DNA of 59,491 nt, filler included, from Dimargaris cristalligena (taxonomy: Eukaryota), in the NCBI GenBank assembly GCA_003614675.1. It is 6 parts of 6 records of this genome, joined end to end, with 100 filler letters (N's around TTAATTAATTAA, not from the genome) between each part and the next. Parts side by side here need not be neighbours in the genome. Positions count along the whole stretch, not along the records: positions 19,952 to 29,807 come from ML003224.1; positions 29,908 to 39,749 come from ML003225.1; 4 more parts are not named here. One strand, written 5' to 3'. Positions 22,994 to 32,719 of this stretch are shown piece by piece; the stretch's first letter is position 1, and the number at the start of each line of letters is the position of its first letter. Below the pieces are notes generated by a model, which did no database searches, was not told the DNA's origin, and saw nothing but the letters and a program-made list of their open reading frames with translations. The translations under genes and the position numbers were made by a program.

Positions 22994-23968
22994 TCAAGCC
23001 GAAGAGGCACACGGGACTGTGGTTGAAGTCGGAGTTACAGTGGGGGTGACGGTGGGAGTAACGGTGGGTGTAGTAGTGCAGGGAACTTTGGTTGAAGTCG
23101 GGGTTACGGTAGGGGCCACGGTGGGCGTTGTAATGTAGGGAACATTGGTTGACGTCGAAATTTTCGTGGAAGTAGTGGTAGGCTTATCATCGTCGCAGGG
23201 GGTTTTGGTAGCTGACGGCTTGGAGGTCTTGGTGGACTTGTCGTCATCGCAGGGGGTAGTTTTCGAAGGCTTATGGCTCGTGGTGTGGTCGGGGCGAGGG
23301 GTTTTTGTAGGCTTGTCGTCGTCGCAGGGAGCCTTGGTGCTCGACGGCTTGGGGGTCTTTGTAGGCTTGTCATCATCACAGGGAGTGGTCTTCGAAGGCT
23401 TATGGCTCGTGGTGTGGTCGGGGCGAGGGGTCTTCGTGGGTTTATCGTCGTCGCAGGGAGTCTTGGTGCTCGACGGCTTAGGTGTCTTTGTAGGCTTGTC
23501 ATCATCACAGGGAGTGGTCTTCGAAGGCTTATGGCTCGTGGTGTGGTCGGGGCGAGGGGTCTTCGTGGGTTTATCGTCGTCGCAGGGAGTCTTGGTGCTC
23601 GACGGCTTAGGTGTCTTTGTAGGCTTGTCATCATCACAGGGAGTGGTCTTCGAAGGCTTATGGCTCGTGGTGTGGTCGGGGCGAGGGGTCTTCGTGGGTT
23701 TATCATCGTCGCAGGGGGTGGTCTTCGAAGGCTTGTGGCTCGTGGTGTGATGGACGCTGGGGGTCTTGGTGGGCTTGTCGTCGTCGCATGGCTCACTTGG
23801 TTTGGCCGGAGTATGAGTGGGGCGTGGGGTTTGCCGGGAGATGGGATTGCTATTTTCATCACAGTCTTTATCTACTCCACTTCGTCTAATCACGCGGTGT
23901 TCGTTTACGTGGGCCAAGGCGGTGCTCAGGGCCAAAGTGGCGATGGTAATAATGTAGGCAACCTTCAT
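22994..23968 (-). CDS. Secreted Thr/Pro/Lys/Asp-rich tandem-repeat protein (324 aa from MKVAY), mucin/cell-wall-like
   Basis: Signal peptide MKVAYIITIATLALSTALA, HRVIRR dibasic site, 10 PCDDDK repeats, Thr-rich tail; TATA box at 24138-24145. Confidence 0.85.
   Translation of the reverse strand: MKVAYIITIATLALSTALAHVNEHRVIRRSGVDKDCDENSNPISRQTPRPTHTPAKPSEPCDDDKPTKTPSVHHTTSHKPSKTTPCDDDKPTKTPRPDHTTSHKPSKTTPCDDDKPTKTPKPSSTKTPCDDDKPTKTPRPDHTTSHKPSKTTPCDDDKPTKTPKPSSTKTPCDDDKPTKTPRPDHTTSHKPSKTTPCDDDKPTKTPKPSSTKAPCDDDKPTKTPRPDHTTSHKPSKTTPCDDDKSTKTSKPSATKTPCDDDKPTTTSTKISTSTNVPYITTPTVAPTVTPTSTKVPCTTTPTVTPTVTPTVTPTSTTVPCASSA
23175..23793 (-). repeat. Coding minisatellite: alternating 75-bp and 54-bp units forming a 129-bp higher-order repeat
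   Basis: Units encode PCDDDKPTKTPRPDHTTSHKPSKTT (25 aa) and PCDDDKPTKTPKPSSTKT (18 aa); central copies are near-identical at DNA level. Confidence 0.9.
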
Positions 23969-24116
23969 GGTAGTTGATGGTTCTGGGACGGTTGAGTTGG
24001 TTATGGCGTTAAAGAGTATCGAGTCAGTCAATGACTATAATAGCTGAATTATTGAAATAAGCAAGGCGTATAGAGAAGTCGGTTGAATAGACATTAAGTT
24101 GGCTGAATGATAAAAT

Positions 24117-24145
24117 AAATGAGGCTGGAGGCAGCTATATTTATA
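24117..24145 (-). promoter_or_regulatory. TATA box plus downstream GCCTCATTT element
   Basis: Minus strand TATAAATA-TAGCTGCCTCCA-GCCTCATTT; 177 bp upstream of ATG 23968. Confidence 0.55.
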
Positions 24146-27118
24146 ACCGATAAAAAAAGCGTAGTACCCCAACTCGCAGATTATTTAAAGCTGAATCAAA
24201 TGACTTCGAATTCAACCGTTGTTCCCTTTTATGTTCATTTTTGATACCTCCACAATACTGATGCAAAATACCACAGTAGAGGACATGACAATCCCATTGG
24301 AGTAATCCTGGACCTTCAACCTAAATTAGAGGGATTAGCCCCCGCCTTGCAACTGAACAGATTTATAAGATGTGCAGGGTATATCGTTTGACTGAGGGCA
24401 AGGGATGATTGCGACGATTAGTTGCCCTGAAATCATCATGGATAGTTTTGTATCCTTACTTTATTAAAAGCCATGCATTCCAAACCAGAATCAACGAGGC
24501 CTGAAAATACATATACATAGTTGAATTCGCGAGTATATAGATGTCTACCAAGTAACCAATGTCCCATTACAATAGCTAGCCATGCGGAATTGTGAAGTGA
24601 TGGGATGGCTTTGGCCGTGGTATGCTAGTCAATTAGAATCGATCCCCGGTTAAATATACCGGTTGGCCGCTGCGGTATTGTTAGATTTAAAGCAGTATTC
24701 GTAATTGTAAAAACTGCCTGTATTTACAGCTAAAGAATTCATTTAAAATCGAATACACCTTCGCTAGCAACAACCAAAATCACCCCAAGCAACTTCTGTG
24801 TATTCGCTTATTCTTCCTCACTGCTTCCTTGAAGTTATTACTCCTAAAAATAGTGAGCTGATCCTGATGATCAGTCGGACCTGATAATCAGTCGATCATG
24901 TGGAACACCCAGAACTGCTGTTGAGTGTAAGAAACTGGTCCAGTGTACGTTGATACACCTACGCTTTAGCAATTTTTACCAGCGTTACAATCAGCTCCAT
25001 CGTCTCGAAATGCCCTATTTACGCAGGTTTTGGTTAACCGTAAATCTCTGTAGAGTACAAGGTCACGAAACCATGCCTCTATTTTGTCATTTTAAACGAC
25101 TATTAATAGTTTGGAAATATCATGATTGACACTTTCCGTATTTCCAAATAGGGGCAAATTTGGCAAGCCTGCAATTAACCTAATAGTAAGCCATATTTGG
25201 GCTTGAACTTATGTGTTGGATTTTCAGATGAAACAAGGGATGCAAACGAACCCCGCGAGATAACGAGGCCGTGGCCACATCGGTGGTCAGTTGATTTTTG
25301 CTTACTATTTTGGGTAGATATTTCTTAGATGGCACCTCATATCGAATGACAAGTGGACCAAGGAAGTGTATGCTTCCCATAATAGATACCCTACTGGGGA
25401 ATACAGTTCGTTTGATTATTTACTTTCGGAAAAGTCCAAAGTAAAGCAAAGAGATAGACTGATTATAGTGGGTATCTTGTCTAATAGTTAGTCGAATGGT
25501 TTGTTGTCAAAGTCGGATAGAGTATGCTTAAGTTGGAGCGAACAATGCCGAAACCAAATTACTATTGAGTGATGGGCAGGTGAAATGAGTTAGGTAAGGA
25601 TGGCAGGCCCGCAGCTTCATCAATCGGACCCACCTGGTAAAAGGCAAATACCGCATTACAAATAGCACAGTGGGTGGATCCTAGCATTTCGGTATTCCAC
25701 ACACGAAAATACATGTCCAGCTCTTGGACCAACCAAACAAGTTGAGAACTATGTCGTAAAATCCTAAGGAGCGACACCTAGTTTTGCAAAAAATGATCCG
25801 GGCAGATCGCGGTTAATTCTGACGGCCTATATAATAAAGTATACTATGGGAATTGGAAGTCGCCCATGTCTCAAGAATTGTACATGGGAGCGTTTAACCC
25901 ATTTCTACCTTGTAATGTTTCGTGAATCTCTCTATTAATAAAATCAACCCTGTCACCATTCCCTTACGATCAACGCCTCGAACTGCTCTCCTTTTAACCA
26001 GCATCTAATTTTAGAATGTGACAATCCTAGCTGCTAGTGTGGCGAATGCCTTCATTTACTGTGGTTGCTTCGGCTGATAGCCCTTCATTAGCATTCGGGT
26101 AAACTTTGACAAGTCAGAGCATACCTTTGTAATGGTATTCCTATGGGATCGTGTCAGATTCAACTGGCCGTTTGAATTCCTGGAATGTGCCATGGATATT
26201 AAGGGTGCGACTGTTACACCATAAGCGAGCATCGTTCGTTTCAAGATTCACAACCCAGCTAATCAGTACTAGATAGTACAGATTATCAGAGCAGACAGTG
26301 TACATGAGGTCCTGCTATAATTAGACGGTCTTATTAAAGAGGCTTAATCCCGATTTCAATTTACCCACACATCGTTGAAATGGAAGTCACGAGCAACATC
26401 TAGGACTTTTTTCGGCCGAATTTCTCTCGTCATCAACCCGCGTACACTAAATTTTAAATTGTAAAGGATTTTCAGTTGACCTGAGTTGAACACTTATAGT
26501 ATATCCCGCTGAAGTAGCGTCTCGAACTTGCATATCCTTAACGGGTTATGGATCAATAATGCAGTCAACCACTCCAGCTGGATTTGCCGAAAGGGTATTG
26601 CTAGCCCCCGCTGATTAGATTCGTGGGTCGGGTGGAGGAGCTATAGGTAGCAGAGCATTTAGGTATTCCAATTAGTGGGTAGGGTAATGGATAAAAAGTC
26701 GAATGCTAAATAATATTTATCAATAAAACCAATAGTGGACATAGTTGGTCAGATATAGGATACAGTGATACGACTAGTGGTATAATTAAATGAAGGTGGA
26801 CGGCTTTTAAGAGAGGGAGGGGGGTGAGTAAATGACATGGCCGATTCGAACCAAAAGACAATATATAATAAGACAGCAGAGTGAAAGGCCAACTCGGGTT
26901 GAGACCGAAGTGGCGAACCTATTGAGTAGCTAGATTATAGGGAATAGTGATTTCATCAAGTAATGTAAAGGGGGGGGGTAGGGGACTCGACTCGGGGGGC
27001 GCGCAATTAACAAGTTGTAAACGATCGACGTGTGGGAGAACTGTATGGAGGCGAGGAAGGGGTTGGAGGGGATTCTGATAAATGAGGAGGTCTGGTTAAG
27101 AAACTGTATAGGAATTAG

Positions 27119-28821
27119 TCATCCCAGGAGCTGGTTGATGCGGATTTGTTGAATTTTAGTACGAAGTAAGGGGATTCGTTGGCCGCCTGGAGCTGTTGGA
27201 ATAGTTTAAGTGGTTTTTCCTCAAGCTGCAGCCGATGCTCTAATGGGTGAATAGTAAGACATACAACGGATACCCGATGGCAAACGCGTTAATGCAATGC
27301 CCATATACAGATTAGTGATTTGTTCACCAGAAACGCTTTTTTCACTTCTTAGCACAAAAAGGGGGGCGCGTGAAATACAAGTACAGAAATCGCAATACTA
27401 AGGATCAATGGACAAGGGCCTGCCTCGCCGGAAGGTGAACTGGGCAGTCGATTGTCAAAGTGGAAGAATACAGCCACTGTAACGGTACTGCCAAGCCAGA
27501 TTATCCGATTATGGACCTATTTTTAAAAAGGATATGTATATACAAGATCGACGAAAAGCGGTCGCGGATATGAGAGTAAAATAATAGGGGGGTACTCACC
27601 TGAAGTACCAAAAACAATGCATAGGTTATAGTTACGCCAATCGTCAGTGATGTTGTACTTTTTGAGAGCGTGGGGCAGGATCTTGTGACAGGGGTCGTGG
27701 ATTGAAATCCGGAAGGTCTTATACGACTCGTGCTCCCGGTGGATGCCCTTGTCTCCAAACACCCGAATGACGCTGTCCCCATTGGGTTCGAGGGGCGTTG
27801 TGCCCGGCGGTGTGGCGATTTTTTCAATGGAGCGGTGCTTTGACCGCCCACTGCCACCCACACTCCCACTTCCGCCGGTTACACTACAGGGCGTGCTGGC
27901 ACCTCCCAGTCCGCTTGTCCGACTGGGGTCTATACCCTGGAGTGAGCCCGAGCGCTTCAACATTGATATGTCCTGGTAGGTGTGGGCTTTGTAATTAAAG
28001 TATTCGGACGGAGATGAAGGGGAAGCGGGTATGGTACTTCCACTGGCGCCACTAATGCTGCCACTGCCCACGCCCCCCGGTCCCAACGAAACGGCGGTCA
28101 TGGGCGACAGATTGCTGGCGCTGGAGTTGCCGAATCCACTGGGGGCATGGAGTGAGACGGCCGACTGGGAGTAGCTACCGTTAAGGGTCCCGAGGCCCCC
28201 GTGCGGTTTAGGTGAACCCAGAACTTTCGTTAGAATGGGAGCGGGCCGTTTACTTGAGACAGCTAGTCCGCCAGCGGTGGGAGTCCCGTTGCTGGGGGCT
28301 TTGGGCCCCGAACTTCCGGGACCGGGGCCGGCTAAAGGGTGACCGCCCCAGTAGTGACTCGGGTGGCCGGGGTGAGCACTGGTGGGTGGCCGCACGTCGT
28401 CGCGGAGTCGGGTGAATTCATGATTGAGGCGACCGACCTCGCGAACGAGTTTAGTGACCTCTCGTTGGAGATGGGTGATCATCAGTTCCTGCTCCTCCAG
28501 TAAATTCTCGACTTGGTTGAGTACACCCCCCTCCGCAGGGTCATCCAGGGCCAGGCCCCCGTTCTCAATGTCGGGGGGGACATAATCCTCGGTGGTGATG
28601 GGGACGCGGTGCTGCAGCTTAAGTTGGTAAATGGCCTTGAGTATGACCAGGCGCTTACCGAGCGAGTCGATGGACAGGTCCCGCAGGGCTTCATGATGGA
28701 GATGCAACAACACTTCACCGGTGATTTGGTTGTCCCGGATTTGTTTTTCATAGGCCTGGAAGCCGAGGCTGCAAAACCACGAGTAGACCTTATTGACATC
28801 CCATTGGGTCAGGGATTCCAT
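27119..28821 (-). CDS. STE50: MAPK adaptor Ste50 (N-terminal SAM, C-terminal Ras-association domain); exons 28821-27600 and 27239-27119
   Basis: SAM: WDVNKVYSWFCSLGFQAYEKQIRDNQITGEVLLHL...LSIDSLGKRLVILKAI. RA: YKTFRISIHDPCHKILPHALKKYNITDDWRNYNLCIVFG|EHRLQLEEKPLKLFQQL...PYFVLK after removing a GTGAGT...TAG intron (27599-27240). Confidence 0.88.
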
Positions 28822-29385
28822 GGCGAAGCGATAGGCGCGTGGCTGGGTAAGTGGCGGGGTAATGAGGCGAAGAAGAAGGGGGTAGAGCAAAAATAGTAGC
28901 AGTAAAGTGTTGAAAAGCAGTGGCGAAAGGAGTCAACGAGGAGCGGAGACCAAATAGACTTTGTGACAGGGGAAGGAGCGGATGTGGCAAAAATAGGAGG
29001 GGGAGGCCAGGTCTTTTGGAACCGACACAATGGGAAGCCGTTTGAAGATGGTAGAGAGCCAGTATGGATACAGGCAGTTGGCAGAAACACCAGCGAAAAT
29101 TCGCGTAAGGAGGAAGGAAGTGGTGGGGGGCCTGAGAACGGGGTAGGAGTGTGGGAGGATATAGTTTAGGGGGATTTAAGGTTAGGCAAAACGTAGTGAA
29201 AAAGAAGCATATGAGACAAGGCACCGCAGGCGCGTTGGAATAGGGAGGTCATTATATACAATAGGGTTTCTATGGTAAAGGCAGCGGTGTCTTAATAAAG
29301 GTCAAAGAACCCAGTGCATCGCGGCGGTAATTACAAGGGTGCATTGTGGGGTACACTAACATCTATTCTTAGATCTGTGCAGTGC

Positions 29386-29807
29386 GGGCAGGCATTCAAG
29401 TGTGTGGTATAATAAACTAGTGGAAAGTGACACCTGGGGGGCTTTTTGCAGCCCAGTCTTGTACCGGGGCGGTTGGGCTGTACAGCTCATCAAAATTCAC
29501 TCGGCACCAACCTAGACAATAGATCAAACTGCGCGTAAATAATAACCAGTAGTCAATGGTCCAACTTGAGTGAATGTAGGCATCTCACTGCCGACGACGG
29601 ATTTAATAGCAGGCTCCCGGCCTCATGCGAGGCACGCCCTAGAAATTATTCAACCGCGAAGCCCCAGGCACCACTCCTAAGTCGCACAAGTGCCATGTCC
29701 TTTTATTCAAAGTATGTAATGGCCGCACCAGTCCTGCTTAAGTCAGAGCCTAGCCCTATGAGGCTTATATTCCCGGTGGTATGGTTGGTTCAAGGAGGAA
29801 GGGGGGA
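29386..29807 (-). repeat. Repeat family 2, right copy at the contig-3 end (CpG-retaining copy)
   Basis: Reverse complement of 19952-20368; keeps CG dinucleotides that the left copy has lost. Confidence 0.88.
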
Positions 29808-29907
29808 NNNNNNNNNNNNNNNNNNNNNNNNNNNNNNNNNNNNNNNNNNNNTTAATTAATTAANNNNNNNNNNNNNNNNNNNNNNNNNNNNNNNNNNNNN
29901 NNNNNNN
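29808..29907. other. Artificial contig linker
   Basis: 44 N + TTAATTAATTAA + 44 N. Confidence 0.98.
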
Positions 29908-30223
29908 ATTCTTTAGGGGTGGAGACCACACTGTCCAGCCGCACCTTAGGATTCACAACTAAGGTTGCCTCTGTTAATATCAATAGGTCTCATTATAGTA
30001 TTTTTGCCCTCTATCATCCCTTATATATATATCGATTAGCCGATAACTACTCGTTTCTTTAATTTATTAAACCACCTATTTTTTAAAAAAAATAGCTTGC
30101 CTCTATAACTGATATTCTATCTACATATAGCCTGCCTTTGCTTAGTTAACCGGTCCTTTGCGGTATATACAGTGTAAGGCCAGGATAGGGTCAGTCTTGC
30201 TGAGCCACTGCTCCGTCCGCAAT

Positions 30224-31009
30224 CTAATCAGACAAAAGTAAAGCCGCCGTAAAAACCGCCGCTACTCCCAGGGCCACGGTGCCTGCCGTCGAATGCCGAT
30301 ACTGAGGTTCAGTGCCGTTCCCCTCATCGTCGCCGTGACTAGTGATTTCGCGAATAATGACATCGGCGCACTGGTAAAGAGGGGCCACTGTGTATCCATC
30401 CAAACCTTTAAATCCCGGTCGGGCGTGGAGGGTTCCGGCCAGTGCGATATCGATGGTGGTGTCGGCATGGGGGTCATCGTCAGTGGAGCTGACTTTGGGG
30501 TCCTCCAGGCGCTCAACGTATTTCGACCAGTACTGCGGGTCGCCAGCGGTGGGATAGAATACCGCCTGCATGGTTCCCCGTTTGTCCAGACAGTTCATGC
30601 GGGTGAAGTCGACGTTAATGAGGGCGTGATCCATTCGAGAAGTGACCATTTTTTCGGCCAGTGGCCACCACTCCTGGGAGCTTTCACCATTGGGGTCTAC
30701 GCATTCATTAGCCTCGTCCGGCCGGAAGTTGAGGACCACCGATCCACTCTGGCCCTCGTTTACCCGAACGAGGATCTTATCTTTAAGTTGGACGTCGTGG
30801 TAGGCTTGTCCTGGGGAGGCATACCCACCGCAGGGGGCTTTGGTCGATTGGATAAATAGATTGCCGTGACCGCGGGACGGGGGTACCACCAAGGTGAAGT
30901 TGTCATTTGCCGATACACCGCATGTATACGCTATACTTAGTACCGCCGAGACCAGTAAAATCACCGTTGGGTACGCTTGAAACCCCAACAGAGCCAAGGG
31001 GTGAATCAT
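30224..31009 (-). CDS. Secreted, probably GPI-anchored protein with BIM1/X325-like (LPMO-fold) domain
   Basis: Hydrophobic N-terminus, then NFTLVVPPSRG...APCGG and C-terminal LYQCADV, matching the HFxLxxPxxRG...PCGG...YQCAD pattern I recall for BIM1-like proteins. Hydrophobic C-terminal tail GTVALGVAAVFTAALLL. Confidence 0.65.
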   Translation of the reverse strand: MIHPLALLGFQAYPTVILLVSAVLSIAYTCGVSANDNFTLVVPPSRGHGNLFIQSTKAPCGGYASPGQAYHDVQLKDKILVRVNEGQSGSVVLNFRPDEANECVDPNGESSQEWWPLAEKMVTSRMDHALINVDFTRMNCLDKRGTMQAVFYPTAGDPQYWSKYVERLEDPKVSSTDDDPHADTTIDIALAGTLHARPGFKGLDGYTVAPLYQCADVIIREITSHGDDEGNGTEPQYRHSTAGTVALGVAAVFTAALLLSD

Positions 31010-32719
31010 CCGAAGTGTAGTTGCTATCGCTTCAAAAAAATAATAAGTGGTTAAAAATAAAATACCCGCCTTAGATGGGTGGGGTGTTATTCATCGAGAG
31101 GATTGTGGGTTTGTTTAAAGTGGGCGAAGAACAGCGCAGCCGAAATATCGCAATGAAATCTATAGGAAAGGGACGCTAAAGCAACTAGAATAATCAATAA
31201 TGCTCAAGTTAAGTTTAACTAGACTTATAAAAATATAACACATGTCCCAAATTAAAGTAACAGGAGAATAAACCGGGAAAACAATATTGGGAGTCCCGTA
31301 GTTGGGCTTTATACCGGCAGGGCCTAGTTATTAATTGATTAGCTCTGCAGTCCGCCCTGTTCTCTCAGCAGTAATAACGGGCTTCCGAGTTCACTGCGTT
31401 GGGGTCCTCCCTGACATGAAAAATACAACGATAAGCCCCCCTGACTCTCCATTCCCGCAAACTCGCCTTGGATGCAAGGCCCTGCTGCCCTACAGAGGCT
31501 TTTTTTCAGGGAGAGGGGGCCATATGTTTCCAAATATCGTGCAACGCTAGCGACGAGCGCCTGTTAGCCTCAAATGGATTGTTGCATTAGAGTTGTACGA
31601 TGCTGTATTGTGGCCTGCCTTGTATGCGAAATGGTGCTTCCATTGTGGTACTAAAGAGCGTATGATCTTTGGACTTCACCCCTGCTTTGGATTTGGCGTG
31701 GTGTAGGTTGGTCTCGGTGAAGCTAGGTACGCCGTATTACCTCGAGATTTTTTCTTTTGCCCGTATTGTCTTCGCCGTTCTTTGTCGCCGTGCCATTTAC
31801 TTGATTTAACCTTGGAAACTTAATCGTATATCCAACATGCATATCTGTCGAAGGTCAAAATATAATAGTTGACCAGCGCTTTAGCGCAGTCTACAGGTAT
31901 TATTCCTGGTGGGGATTATGAAGGTGGTTCATAGCTTTTGGACTGTTTAGGCAGTGTAATCAGTTAAAGACCGGCGGGGCCAGACTGAAGGTCAGTTAAA
32001 CTGAACGTATTGGTTCTGTATTAAAATGGGCCGATTTGAGCACCGCGGTGAGTTCCACCCGTCTACTTGATTATCTTTGATAAATTCAAGGCAACTGCTG
32101 TACGGTATTTGAATAATCGGAATTTGCTGAGGTTACTTTAGGACAGTTTGTATTAGCTGCCGCTCCCAATAGTCCCTGTTAGTCTGAGTCTAAGTATGGT
32201 TGTTTAGCCCCACCAACTTGGCCAACAAAAAAATGCAACTGCCGTCAGGACAGCTGAATCCGTATCTTTATTGTTTGAGGGCCAATTTTCATCCCCAGTA
32301 AACTAATTAAGAGAGGTTAGCTCGGTGCCTTCACATCTCTCAGATATTTTTTTGGCCCTGGGCAGTATTGTAAACTAGTGTGGTGCCCCAGCCATACCTT
32401 ATTAATACAATGGCAATTGGGCATAGCGGAACGCACCTCCTGCCTTGGCTTGAGGTTAGAGGAGCCGTTCCCGCAAACCATACTTTCAATACCCAGGAGT
32501 GCAGTCGATCATGCGCTCTTTGGATGGATTCAATGGCGGAACCTTCTGAGCTAGGTTCAAAAAAACCAGAAGTGCTCCTTACTTACTGATTAGGTAAATG
32601 GTTGCCCCCTCTATATATTTTTTAAGAAACGTAAATTCCCTAACACCCCCAATCGAGGGATTCGCCGATTCTTACTGATCCGACTTATTGGTAAACGCCC
32701 AAGCGAACGATCCTGTAGC

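Noticed and set aside
23104-23977. Long alternative-frame and antisense ORFs over the PCDDDK gene
   Set aside because: By-products of a stop-free tandem repeat; only one frame has a signal peptide and promoter.
24864-24870. Hammerhead ribozyme core CTGATGA (also at ~46043 and ~54191, and TTGATGAG in repeat family 2)
   Set aside because: No stem II followed by GAAA and no stems I/III; the motif is not conserved between the repeat copies.
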